Source of the DNA: Chromera velia
Lineage: Eukaryota
DNA: 64,000 nt
Direction: 5' to 3'
NCBI GenBank assembly: GCA_018398765.1
Contig: JAHBMJ010000366.1
Coordinates: forward strand, 1-64,000
Shown piece after piece: positions 40,601 through 53,009 of this stretch (position 1 is its first letter; each line of letters starts with the position of its first letter). A model generated the notes under the pieces. It searched no databases and was not told the DNA's origin. It was given only the letters and a program-made list of their open reading frames with translations. A program made the translations under genes and the position numbers.

Positions 40601-41555
40601 GAGGGATGACCCACTCCTTCTTCTTTGGGGGCAGCAGAAGGCGGGGACGTCTGCAAATTCTCCCCCCCCCCGGTCGTTGCAACTAGCTCTGGTTCCGTTT
40701 TTTCGGAGGCGCGGTCACCAGCCAAAAAGACGGCCCCTGGACCGGGCATCGCACCCGTTTTCGCTTCTCCCTGTGGCCGAAGTGATTTTGCTTCATTCCC
40801 CCCATGACTCAAACCAGCACCCCCTCCATCTCCCTCCTGTTGAGTCTGCAGCAGCTCACTCTTCGACGCCGACTGCTGCACGCCGACTTTCGTCAGTCCA
40901 GCAGTCTGGAGTGAGTTGTTGCCGTCTGCTGAACTGCTGTTCGCGTCCATTGAGGAGGAGGGGGCTTCTGCGGTCCTGGGCTGGAGGAGACCCGACGCCG
41001 CCCTCTCCCCCTCAGCCTCGTCTTCTCCTCCCGAGTCGGGCAGTCGTGCTCCGTCCGTCTTCTCCTCTTTCAAGGAAGCAGGGAACAAAGAAGGAAAAAT
41101 ACACACATTTACATACACTTCAGGCAGGAAAACACCGTCCGTCTCGCTGCGCATGCAAGGCGGAACGCGTACTCGCTCAAACTCAGTACCGCTTGCCTTT
41201 CTATATATGTATACGTGCATCCGTGCATTTCACAGAGTGTCGATATCATTACCCTGGACGGCAGCAATGGAGCCGACGTACCTCTTTTCGCTTCTTCGAG
41301 CTCACATACGACCTTCAGCCAGCACTCCGCGCCTTCAGGCTCACACTCTTCCTGAACAATCCGGTGAGTGCCCTCGCAGTGACGCAATGGAGAAGGAAGA
41401 GTTCCCTCTGGACGGAAACACACGTCTTTTGCACTGGGAATCGATTTCTCTTCCCCCAAAACGAGAAATTTGCGGACTTGCACGAACTGTCGCCAGTACA
41501 TGACAGAAAGGAGAACCAAGATGCAGGCGGCGCCAATGACGAAGCAGCGCGTCAT
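33369..41555 (-). CDS. GT10 alpha-1,3/4-fucosyltransferase-like type II membrane protein, copy 2
   Basis: Exons: 41555-~41478 (TM MTRCFVIGAACILVLLSVMYW), ~41065-40151, 39752-39716, 39195-39151, 38266-38174, 37530-37484, 36951-36868, 36013-35933, 35227-35142, 34584-34442, probably 33861-33795 and 33538-33369. Motifs VVFLNGNCDTPSKRETYVK, VDAVGACLHN, SKFCLVFENSITKDYVCEKVFEGLQAGCLPL..GPANIREFLP, LMHNETAYNERLKWK. Confidence 0.88.
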
Positions 41556-42266
41556 GGCGGCTGCACAGGTTGAGGGCTCGAAGCTGCACTCCTGTTGAAT
41601 TCAACGATCAATTAATCTACGCAGGGTGGGTGTGGTGAGGATGGATGACTCATGGGACGATCCGATAACGTGCATGCACACCCGACGGGTTCTTCGTCTG
41701 CATGCTTTTTTCTGCCTCCACTCCCGAGAGCTTCATAGTTCTCCGGCGCATCGCGACTTTATAGAGGCGTCACTGTCTTTCTCCCATTCTTTTTCCCAAG
41801 AGCTCTTCGTCTTTACTTAGATGTTTTTGGCGGTGCTTGCTACCAAACTTACAACCTATTTAAAGGTACGATTATTACGCTAATTGAATCTTCATGCAGC
41901 GCCTGACCTTTTTTTTCATGCATGGACAATACACGCCCGGAGAGGCGATAAGAAGAATGGACATGCATGCAGATTTGGAGAGATGGACAGATCCCATGCA
42001 TGGGCGCATGCATGCATGCTGGACCGCGACGGATACGGCATGCATGCATGGTTGACTTACCTATATATATATATATATATATAATCGTATCTGAACGAAC
42101 TTAAACTGCATCTGTCTTTGTACCCTCTTCAATGTCCTTTGTAAAGGTGAACTTCGTGTGCGTATAGAGAGATCTTCGTCTTTACCGCAAGCAAGGATTG
42201 TCTGGTCCTTTTCAATCTTTGTGAGTTTCGAGTTCAAAAGAGACACTCCGGCCGTCCCAGTCAGCC
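41556..42266. promoter_or_regulatory. Putative bidirectional promoter between GT10-2 and NeuA-NeuB
   Basis: 711-bp head-to-head spacer with clustered (T)GCATGC(A) at ~41960-42050 and (TA)n at ~42062-42082. Confidence 0.5.
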
Positions 42267-43372
42267 ATGATCGCTGTTATCCTTGCCCGCGGGGGCTCCA
42301 AGCGATTTCCTGGCAAGAACGTCACTCTGCTCTGTGGTAAGCCTCTGATAGCGTGGACAATCGAGGCAGCACTGGGCTCAGGCCTATTCTCTCAAGTGGT
42401 CGTTTCCACAGACTGCGAGAAGATCAAGGCAGTGGCCGAGCGCTACGGAGCTTCTGTGCCCTTTCTTCGTCCTGCCGATCTCGCCTCTGACGATGCCAGA
42501 GCTGTGGATGCTCTGGAGCACTGCTTGCAGACACTTGGAGTGTCCTCTGGGAAGTGCTGCCTGCTGCAGCCAACCAGTCCAGTACGTTCTGCAGAAGACG
42601 TGCGAAGGGCCGCAGAGGAATTTGAGAAGTGTCCTAAGGATGTTGTGCTCGTGTCAGTTATCCCTTCGAGCAGCAGTCCCTTCAAGACGCACACGGTCAC
42701 TACAGACAACCTCATGGCTCCCGTGACGTCTGCGCAGTTTTTTTCGACAAATGCACAGTCGCATCCACCGACATACTCCGAGAATGGGGCCATCTATTTC
42801 TTCCATGCGGACAGCTTCTTTGCCGCCAAGCCCCAGACCGCCTGCGGTGTTTACGGGTACAAAGCTGCCCCCTTCGTGATGAGCCCAGAGACAAGCGTGG
42901 ACATCGACAAGCCCGAAGACCTCGAGAGAGCGGTGAAGGCTCTCGCCCCCCGTCTCCGTCAGGCGAGGCCTCCCTTCCTTATTGGGAACAGAGTCATCGG
43001 CCCAGACCAGCCCCCACTGGTAATCGCAGAAATAGGGATCAACCATGAAGGCGACTTTCAAAAGGCCATCAAAATGGTTGACGACGCACACGCGGCCGGC
43101 TGCGAGATCGCGAAATTTCAGTGCCACGTCTGCAGCGATGAGATGACGAAGGACGCCGGTCAGTCCATTTCTGAAAAAAAAGCCCGGTCTGCGAAAACCC
43201 TATTAATGTCTGACCTTGATGCAGAGCGTGTACACATGTAGAAAGAGTCTTGTCACAACATCAGCAGCAAAGCACGTCGGCCGGTCAGTCTGTTTGAAGA
43301 GCCGAGCCGCTTCTGGTTCGTGAACTGTTGCAATTTGACGACTTAACGGTTCCTTTCTGTCTGTCTGTTTTT

Positions 43373-43412
<40 letters not shown>

Positions 43413-43990
43413 GCTCACTCTCTCTCTCTCTCTCACACACACACGCACAATCCCACGTGCATGCCGGCATGCAGGGAGCGTGATCCCCGGCAACGCGACG
43501 GAAAGCATCAAGACGATCATGGAACGGTCAGCTGGCATTTCTTCTTCCTCTTTCGATCAAGAGAACGTTCAGCTTTTCTTTTTTTTCGTTCCCCTCCTTT
43601 CCTTTCCTTTCCTCTTTCAAGGAAACGTACACGCTTGCTTTCTCTTCCTCTGTCTCTGTCTCTCACATGCCAGAAAGAAGCACAGCATCCCTTCACTCAC
43701 GTCTGCGTGCCTGGTCATCTCCTGACTCTCTCTCGCAGAGACTCCCATATCAGCCTGCCTGATCCACCCATGTACCCTTCATTTCCTCCCCCCCCCCTCA
43801 TTTGAGAGAGAGAGAGAGAGCCCTTCCACCAATTCCTATTCGCACATCCCCCTAGCTCTCTCCCGAGCCCACTACATAGTGCACAGTACCCATACAGCCC
43901 CCCCTCCGGCATTCATCGGTCTTCGCATTCTGTTTGAACGAAATCTCCGCTGAGTGCGCACATTTTTGTTTCTGTCTGTCAGTGTGTGTG

Positions 43991-44025
<35 letters not shown>

Positions 44026-46175
44026 CCCTGCATGGATGCTTTCATGCATGAATGCATGCAGGTGTGCGCTGACAGAGGAGGAGGATCGGAAGCTGAAGGA
44101 GTACGTCGAGGCCAAGGGCATGATCTACATGTCAACACCTTTCTCAAGGGCGGCAGCGGAGCGCCTGAAGAAAATGAACGTGGACTGCTACAAGATTGGG
44201 TGAGTGGGTGGGTGAGTGGGGAGGTGAGAGGGTGGGGGAAGGGGGATGGATGTGTTCCCTCTGCCACTGTTTGCCTTCTCATCTACACGATTGGTTAGTT
44301 GTCTCCTTCTCTCTCTACCTGTGTATCTGTTTGTCTGTTTGTCTGTCTGTCTGTCTGTCTCTCTGTCTGTCTGTCTGCCTGCCTGTCAGTCTTCTTGCCT
44401 GTCTGTCTGTCTGCCTGCCTGTCTGCCTGTCTGTCTGTCTGTCTGTGTCTCTGGTGCTCTCCGTCGCTGCCCCCTTTTCAAACCAGAACCCGGTTCCTGT
44501 CTTTTCTTCTCTGCCTGCCTCCTCGGGGTCTTCTCTGCTTTTGTTTGCACATGCGCTCTCTCTATTGTCCCCCGTCCTTGTGAATGTGTGTCTCCCCCTG
44601 CCCTCTGTTTGCACATGCGCTCTCTCTATTGTCCCCCGTCCTTGTGAATGTGTGTCTCCCCTCCTTTCCCCTCCTCTCCTCACGCATGCAGCTCCGGTGA
44701 GTGCAACAACTACCCTCTGATCTCTCATATCGCCAAGCTCGGTAAGCCGGTGATTCTGTCCACCGGCATGAACGACATCGCGTCTGTGGCCCCCGGAGTC
44801 GAAATTTTCAGAAAGCACAGGACCCCCTTCGCACTCCTTCACTGCACCTCCATGTACCCTACACCATATGAGCAGGTAGGGGGTGAGAGAGAAACGAAAA
44901 GAAGCCTCAGGCTGATAGCACACACCCCTTGGCGCGATCACCTGATCAATAGCAATGAAGGGAAAAGCCTGAATCTTGCATATTTGATCAGACAATAGGC
45001 CGTAGTCCTCACTAGTGGTGTATCTATGAGAGGAGTGAAATTTCAGAAAGAGTGGACTGTGTTTGAGGGGCTTTTTTTTTCATTCCGTCTGCTCTGTTCT
45101 ACTTTCTGTAAGATTGTTGGTCGCCTCCTTTTCATACAAATTCTGTCCGCATCTTTCTTTTGTCATGCCCCCCTTCCGTTTGGTTCTTTGGTCTGTTCAG
45201 ATTATGCAGTGTCTGTCCTTTTTCTTTCTGTTGTGCCCATTTGTATTTAGCGTGTTCACACGAGCCTTCTTTGTCAGCACTTCTTCTGGAGCCTTCCGTC
45301 CGTCCCCGCTTTCCAGGAAGGATAGAAGGAAGGAAGAGAGAAACGTCGATCGAGAAAAGAAGGGGACATGAGGAATCCTGCTGATAATACGACCATCCAC
45401 TTCCTTCCCACACTGCTGCTCTCTAGCTGACTGGCCCTCCAGGAGCTAGGAGGATCGATCCGCCCGTCCATTTCCTTCCACTCCACTCGGCTCCGCTGGG
45501 TTCCAGTTTGTGCTGCTGCCCCGATTTGGTTTGTCAAATCGATTGATTGGTTGATTGATTGATTGATTGGTTGATTGAATGGAATCATTATTTTTTGTTT
45601 GTGATTGATTGATAGATGGATGCATCATCATCATCATCATGTGGTGTGGTGTGGAGTACGTGATTGATACATCCATGATCCTCCATGCATCGATGATGCA
45701 GGTCCGATTGGGGGGCATTGCGGAATTGGAGCGCGCGTTCCCCGACGCCGTGTTGGGTCTGAGTGATCACTCCCTGGGCATTTGGACGTGCCTCGCGGCA
45801 GTCCCCCTGGGAGCATGTATCCTTGAGAAGCACTTCACGTCTGACAAGACCTGGCCGGGGCCGGACGTGCCGATCTCGATTGACCCCGACGAACTCCGTG
45901 ACCTCATTCAGGGAAGCAACATCATCTTCCGATCCCTGGGGGGAACTAAGGAGATCCTGAAGGAAGAGCAGCCGACGATCGACTTCGCCTATGCGTGTGT
46001 GGTGACCATCAAGCCCATCGCGAAGGGCGAGGTGTTCTCGATGGAGAACGTGTGGGTGAAAAGGCCTGGTACGGGGGAGATTTTCGCCAAGGATTTTGAA
46101 GTGGTGTTAGGAAAGATGTGCATGGCAGCGCTGGAGACCGACATGCAGCTGAAATGGGCCGACGTGCAGAAGTGA
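42267..46175 (+). CDS. neuA-neuB: Fused CMP-nonulosonate synthetase (NeuA) + N-acetylneuraminate synthase (NeuB/SiaC-type)
   Basis: Exons 42267-43158, 43475-43526, 44062-44199, 44692-44875, 45702-46175 are in frame. NeuA: ILARGGSKRFPGKN, VSTD, FLRPADLASD, LLQPTSPVR, ENGAIY, SVDIDKPED. NeuB: PLVIAEIGINHEG, VIPGNA, STPFSRAAA, YKIGSGECNNYPLI, ILSTGMN, LLHCTSMYPTPYE, GLSDHSL, ILEKHFT, and an AFP/SAF-like tail NVWVKRPGTG. Confidence 0.95.
44542..44662. repeat. Direct tandem duplication (64-bp period) in NeuA-NeuB intron 3
   Basis: TGTTTGCACATGCGCTCTCTCTATTGTCCCCCGTCCTTGTGAATGTGTGTCTCCCC starts at 44542 and again at 44606. Confidence 0.9.
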
Positions 46176-47769
46176 CGAATTCAAGGGAAATTGAGGACCA
46201 ATGTGAAAAGGGAGTGGGCTGGTCCGAGCCGCACTTTGCCAGTTTGCATTTCTCTTGCATGACTGCACTTGCTTCAATCAGACCCATGCCAGTGCATTGG
46301 GCATCCCTCATGCATTCACTTTGCACATCTCTCAAGAGCACATCTGCATGGCTACACCAGCCAGTCAATCGCCCATACAGGCGACTGCCGGTCCCTCTGT
46401 GCCGGCCAGTCTCTGAGCTCCCTGGTCCTTCAATCCGTCTAGCAATAGCAGTCCGCCTAGCAGTCCGCAAATCACTAAAGTACCACTCACTTGATATCCG
46501 CCTCGTTCTCAGTTCACCAACATCCCACATACCGACTCCATCTGGTTGTGTACTGTACCAAAGTAACCAAACATGGAAATTAACGTACTATGATGATAAA
46601 CACGTACGTGTTTGAACTCGGAGAATCGGATTCAATTTGAAAGTGAAAGTGAATAGAGAAGACTAAGCATATGTATATAAATATAACTATCAATATAGCT
46701 TTAAAATTAGTCATGACTAGTCACAGTATGACAATATTTACGACACTCAAAGTTTATTTAACTTAGTATTTTAAACTTCATATTTGTAGGTCTTTACGGA
46801 CTCTTTACCTTAGTTTTGGTGAATGTTTACTGTGACAAAACGGCATGTCACGGCGGTAACCTTTAAAAAGATGAACTCCTGATGAAACAAATTTAATTTT
46901 TTATAGGCTACTAGATTTCAAGCAGTACGTGCGTCTATAGACATGACAAATACAAATAAAACAAAAAGAAAATCCAGAAGAAAATACAAATCACTAATAA
47001 TGATTTTGTATCATGCAATGGCAGCATTGCCGCAGCAATGAACCACCCACTGGCACTTAATTTGTTTAATAGTTTGTAACTTATTGGAAAAGTTAACAAA
47101 GACGACTTAGAAAAAAAAAGAGCAATAATTTTTTTTTCGATCATCATTCATGCACTAACTTTGAAAGACTAGTTGAAAGAGCGGGAAAAAAGAATGACAA
47201 ATGGGCCCACCCGGTCTGGAGATAGACAAAGACTCGGAAGAAAGAGAGAGCAAAGAGATGGAGAAAGACGAAATAACGACACAGATGTGGGGAATGAATG
47301 ACAGAGAGGGCATCTAGCAACAACATACAGAGGAGCTCAGCGGAGATGCATGGGGGAAAAGGGGAGAGAAGGAGGACGGCACTTAAGAGAAAGGCAGAGA
47401 GAGGCGGACGAACAAGAGGGAGAGAGACTGCGGGAAGAAAGAAAGAGAAAGGCCCAGAGAGAAAACGAGAGGAGGAAGAGAACGAAATTCAATGAATGAA
47501 GAAGAAAGGGGTACATCTGGAGCAAAGAGTGCATGAGAGTTTGGGGCAGAGAGAGAGCAAGGCAGAGAGAGTTCAAAGAAACGACTGCCCCCCAAAAGGC
47601 ACGTGAGAGTGACATGTGAATAAAACACCGATCAACCTTTTGTTTGGTTCCATTGTCAACACACGTATGTGTACAAATTCATGCAGAGGCACATGCAAGC
47701 AATAGTAATAAACCTGAATGAATCAATTCAAACAACTTCGATCGTGGGGGGATGATCATCTCTCTGTGA

Positions 47770-48906
47770 TTAGAGCTGGCCCAGGACTCCCTCGAGGTGC
47801 TTCATCATCCTACTCACGGCATGACCGTCGCCGTAGGTGGTGTCCCTGTCAAATCTCTCCTTCGGGTGCTCAAGCAACGCCTGCAGCACCTCATCCGAAT
47901 TCTCCCCCTTCACGGAAAAGACGTTCGGCGGACAGGTGCGGCCCTGCTGGCGGGTCCCGACGTTGACTGCGGGTGTGCCGAAGAACGCAGCCTCCCTGAT
48001 GATCGCGCTGCTGTTGCCGACTATCGCCTTGCAGTTTTTCAGTAGAATGATGAACTCCTCGTGGGGGAGAGAGGTCATGCAGTTGACATTCTTGGAAAAT
48101 GTGGGGGAGGTTTTCTGAATTTCGTGGAGCGTCTGGATCATGTCTTTGCTCCCCGGGTCGATATTCGGGTAGAAGAGGATGGCACGTTCTCCCGTTCGGT
48201 CTACAGCCTCCAGGATCGACCTGTACTGTTTCACGGTGTCCTGGATACTGCAGGTGTCGGGATGGTACATGATGATGAAATATTCATGGGGGACTACTCG
48301 GTGAGTAACCAGCAGGTCTTCGGTCGAGTGTCCACTGCCGATATGTTCCATTTCGAGGAACACATCGTACGATGGACATCCGGTGCAGAAGACTGCGGAG
48401 TTTTCCTCACCCATTTCAATCACTCGCATCCTGGCTGCCTCCGTACATGTGAAATGAAGATCGGAGAGTTTCGATATCGAATGTCTCAGCTTTCCGTCAA
48501 TCGTTCCGGACAATTCCCCTCCCTCAAGGTGCACTGTGAAGATTTGCAACAAAGTGGAAGCAGATGCCACTCCGAAAGCGTCAAAACGGTCACCGTGCAC
48601 AATCACAATCTTTGGCTTAGCGAGGGCCAAAAACTGGGAGACCTTCAGGATGGTCAACGCCACCGAGTCGGCCATGTTGTTGGTATCATTCCCCGCCGCC
48701 ACGGTGGACACTTTGGTGGCACTCTTGGCGAAGTCCTTCTCCACAAGGCGGAAACTGTACCCGCTTTCAATCAGAAGATGACTGCCAATCACCAGTGGTA
48801 CAAGCTCAAACAGAGGAGACTTCTCAAGGGCAAGCATAAGGCCCCTCAACTTGGAATAGTCCGCTCGGGTGGAGGTAACAACACACACCTTGACGGGTTG
48901 CTCCAT
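47770..48906 (-). CDS. neuC: Hydrolysing UDP-GlcNAc 2-epimerase (NeuC / GNE epimerase domain only), intronless
   Basis: ATG 48906; VCVVTSTRADYSKL, GSHL, VHGDRFDA, HLEGGELSGTID, RHSISKLS, GCPSYD, YPNIDPGS, VGNSS, VNVGTRQQGR, YGDGHA; stop at 47770 with no kinase domain. Confidence 0.95.
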   Translation of the reverse strand: MEQPVKVCVVTSTRADYSKLRGLMLALEKSPLFELVPLVIGSHLLIESGYSFRLVEKDFAKSATKVSTVAAGNDTNNMADSVALTILKVSQFLALAKPKIVIVHGDRFDAFGVASASTLLQIFTVHLEGGELSGTIDGKLRHSISKLSDLHFTCTEAARMRVIEMGEENSAVFCTGCPSYDVFLEMEHIGSGHSTEDLLVTHRVVPHEYFIIMYHPDTCSIQDTVKQYRSILEAVDRTGERAILFYPNIDPGSKDMIQTLHEIQKTSPTFSKNVNCMTSLPHEEFIILLKNCKAIVGNSSAIIREAAFFGTPAVNVGTRQQGRTCPPNVFSVKGENSDEVLQALLEHPKERFDRDTTYGDGHAVSRMMKHLEGVLGQL

Positions 48907-49774
48907 GGTGGTATTGTTCGCGCTCAAAGCGGCCAAGTGGAAGCAGACCTTTGACGTGAAAAGCTACCTTTCAATCTGAATTACCGGTCACGAAATTTTG
49001 TTGGTGCTTCGAGATTTCAGTTGGACGGTCTTTGTGCTGGAATCGGCTCCTAGATGAAGTTGTTGCATATACGTTGCATAGCCCGTCTGAGTGTTGCTGG
49101 AGGTGGCGATTCAAAGAGCAGGCCTGTGGGACGCGGGTAAGAAAGAAACAGACAATTCGGAGCGAAAACAAGGCAGTCTTCGTGAGAGGACAGAGGGACG
49201 AAACATATATATATATAGCTATATAGGTGGGCACGTATATATATATTTTTTAGTCGGGTGTTGTTTGCCTGACCTTTTTTTTGCAACATTTTACCGCCGG
49301 CCGGACAGTCGCATTATAGAGCCGATTAATTGTGCGATTGCATATATATTTAAGGGACAACAGCGTCCCCAACCGGCTCCTTAATTCTGCGGCGCAACGT
49401 ATACGTGCCCAACCTGCATCATTGCTTGCATGCATGTCCATGCACGGCGACTCCTCTCCATCTCCTCTCCTTCTTTCCTGTCTGCCTCTTTCTGTCCTCC
49501 CTGTCTCGATCCTTCATCCGTGCCGGCCACTTTGAAATTCCTTTCTGTCTGTCTCATGGTCCTGACCGGACCTATACATATATATGTATGGAATATGCAC
49601 ATCAGATAATTGACGGTTGTGGAGGTGTCGGACTGCATGTCTCGAACATCGTCGAAAATCCTTGTGCATGTGGGATTGAATTGGCCTTTCATCAATTGAA
49701 ATTTCTCTAGAGTTTCACGGACTCTTGCACCGCGAAAACGAAGGCAGGCGTTTCGGATCGGAATCCTGTCCGAT
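48907..49774. promoter_or_regulatory. Putative bidirectional promoter between NeuC and the oxidoreductase
   Basis: 868-bp head-to-head spacer with (TA)n at ~49205-49247 and TGCATGCA near 49428. Confidence 0.5.
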
Positions 49775-50968
49775 ATGACCGACGTAGACGGGGTCTGGTT
49801 GATCGGGTGTGGGAAACATGCGATCCACTATGGCAAAATCTTGGGGCATCTGGGGAGAAGCTTTCTGGTCATTGGGCGTGGAGAGAACTCAGCCAATGAA
49901 TTCCTGAAGAAGTTCGAAGAGGCATGCCCAGACGTGAAGTCTCTGCCTGAAGTCAAATTGGGCGGACTCCAGCAGTTTCTCTCAACGAAGCCACCGATAT
50001 GCGGAAAGGCGATCCTTTGCCTGCCTGTCGAAAACCTGGCCTCCGCAACCTATCAACTGATCCGGTACGGTGTGAAAGACATTTTGGTGGAGAAACCCCT
50101 CGGGAAGAACAGCTCTGAGCTGGACCGACTGGTGAAGGTTTGTGAAGCGGAGGATCACAGGCCGCGGGTCTTTGTCGCGTACAACCGCCGTTTCTACGCA
50201 TCCGTCACTCAAGCAAAGGCTCTGATAGAGAAGGAAGGAATCCTCTCGGCAAAGCTGGACTTCAGCGAGAGGACAGACCAACAGGCGTTGAGAGTTCCTT
50301 ATCTTTTGGTTGGTCGGTTCCTGCAGAGAGCACAAAATTGTGTCCGTTTTCGTCATCTTGTGATATGCTTGCATCTATTCTTTTGGTAATTTCCCGGTCT
50401 GTTCCTTTCCCCTTCAAACTAACACTTGTAATTTATGCAGGGAGAAGTGCACAAGTAGTTTTGCCCTGCTCTTCTATGCAGATGGGCAACAGCTCACACA
50501 TGCTGGATGTCCTTTTTTTCCTCGCCGGCATGCCCGTGGAGCTGCACCCCAGCCACTCGCATAGCGGGGACCTCGATTTCTTCCCTGGGCCAAGCGTGTT
50601 TGTCGGTCACGGGAAAACAGACAAAGACGTGAGCTTCTCGTACCACGCAAACTGGAACTCTGCTGGGCGGTGGGCTGTCGAGGTCATAACCCGAGAGAGA
50701 AAACTTATCCTCAGTCCCGTGGAGAAGCTGCAGGAGGTGGGCAAGATAGATAGACCGTCTACGCTCGCTCTCATGATCTGCCTTCTAGTGCGTCCCTCTT
50801 CCTGCCACCCTGCATTCCTCTTTGCCAGACTCGCCGTCCACCCCACCTTTCTATGTCTGTCTCCCTGCTTTCCTGCCTGCCTGCTTCCGTGCCAGAGAGG
50901 CGAAGGCATGCGTGCCACCTCCGGGCCGTTAGTAAATTGCCTTGAGACTGCGCTCTCTTGTCCTGTTT

Positions 50969-51005
<37 letters not shown>

Positions 51006-51006
51006 C

Positions 51007-51042
<36 letters not shown>

Positions 51043-52972
51043 TATGTGCGTGTGTATGTGCGTGTGTGTGTGTGTGTGAGAGAGTGCAGATGCCGAAAGG
51101 AACGTTCAATCTCAGCGAGGTGGACCCGGGCGAGTTTGCAGGCGCGTACAAGAGAGACCAGGTCTTCAAACCGGGTCTCTTCGATCTCACGGAGGCCTTT
51201 TTGAAGTTGAAGGAGGGGGACTTGCCGCCTCCCTCTCTGCCTTCGGTTGAAGACCAGCTGGAGCTGGTTCGGTACTACGAGCGGATTGAGGGTCAGAGGA
51301 GCGACAGTCAGGTGTGGGTGGTCGGCTGTGGAAACATCGGTATGAGACATCTGCAGGGGATAGCAAAATTCAAGGGCGCGCCCTTCACCTTGAAAGTGGT
51401 GGAGAAAAGCGATGAAGCCCTGCAGAAGGCATCCAATGCCTTTCATGATGAGGCAAAGAAGGGGAGCGTGGATCACATCTTGGTCCCCTTCACCGACTGT
51501 GCCTCCCTTGTCGGGCAGCAGCCTGTCGATGCAAACGTGATTTTGATCGCAACAACAGCAGACGCAAGGTTTCAAGTCCTAAAAGAACTTTTCTCGGCCG
51601 AGGTGGGGGACCCTTCATCGTTCATGCCGACGAGGATCCTCATTCTTGAAAAGGTGAGCTGGGGGGGGAGGGAGGGAGGGAAAGTTTGCAAGACAGAGAG
51701 GGGACGAGAAGCCACGCAGACGGGGAGAGGCGGAAGGAAGGTATGAAGGACGTCCTCTTTGTGTGTTTAGATTGGGACGGAGAGCTAATTTGAGGAACTA
51801 CAGAGAAAAGACATGCAAAGTGTGAGAGGAAATAGAGGAGAAGAGGAAGCGCGTGCGAGACGGTGAGAAGAGTGAGGAGAAGGAAAGAAAAAAAGTCGAG
51901 AGGCGAAGAATGCAAGAAGAAAGAGCAAAACGGGGCAGGCAGATCAAGTGGAGGAGAAAAAAGAGACAGACAGGTGAGTAAGTTTAGCATGCAAGGAAGA
52001 GAAAGAGTGCGAGGGTGAAGAGAAAGGAAAGCTTTCGGGAAAAGAAAGGAACGTAAAAAGAATAAAAAATGGACACAAAAAAAAATAGAGAGGTTGAAAT
52101 GAGGACATCTTCCCTCCCTGTTTCTTTCACAACTGCATGCAGCCTCTGTTCCAGAGAGAGAGGGACTACGACGAAGCCCCCCATCTGTTCTCGCGTCTCG
52201 GTCTGGACGTCTACGTCCACCTCCCCCACCGCATCCACCCCCATATCCTCCAGTTCAAAGACAAACTTGCTGCTGCTGCTGCACAGGTACGAGACGAGAC
52301 GAAACGAAAAATGAAAAGCCACTAGATGCATTCATTGGAGAAGAGAGAAACAAAGAACATGGATAGATCGTGAGAATAGACCGCTGCATGCTGCTTGGTG
52401 TATGGGCTGTATCAAAGAGTGAAGAGGCAAGATGACACGTGTGGAGGCGTAACTTTCTCTCTCAAAAGCGTTTGATTCCTGCTCGTTTGTCTGTCCGTGA
52501 CATGCAAGCTTTAGATGTATGCGATACCTCATGCTTCACTGCCCTCACGGTCGGGTCTCTTTCCTTTTTGTACCTCAAACCGTCTCAATCGATCCATCGA
52601 TCCTGAATGTCTTCAGAAGAGAAACATCGATCTGCATGGTGTTCGCTGCTTATTTCTCTTCTCTCTGTCTCTCTCTCTCTGTCTCTCTCTCTCTCTCTTT
52701 TTTGTTTTTAATGCATGCATGCATGCATGCGCCTGCCTGCCTACCTGGGTGCCTGCAGGAGCCTGTGCACATGAGGTATGGGGGTTTCCACTGGGGTCTG
52801 GGTTGCAATGGCATCCACGGTCTGGACCTGTTTTTGATGATGAACGGCGAGGTGGGGCGACCGGACGACCTCCAGTTTGACAACTCAATGGTCAGAATGA
52901 AGCTCAAAAGAAAGAAAGCGCATAGATCCATGCGTAGTAAGGCTTTGATTCAAGACGCAACGCAAGTATTGA

Positions 52973-53009
<37 letters not shown>

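Noticed and set aside
42267..48906. Bacterial contaminant or endosymbiont contig explaining the neu genes
   Set aside because: neuB is split by GT-AG introns with the same microsatellites and splice signals as the flanking eukaryotic genes.
48061..48954. 297-aa + strand ORF
   Set aside because: Antisense to neuC with no recognisable motifs.
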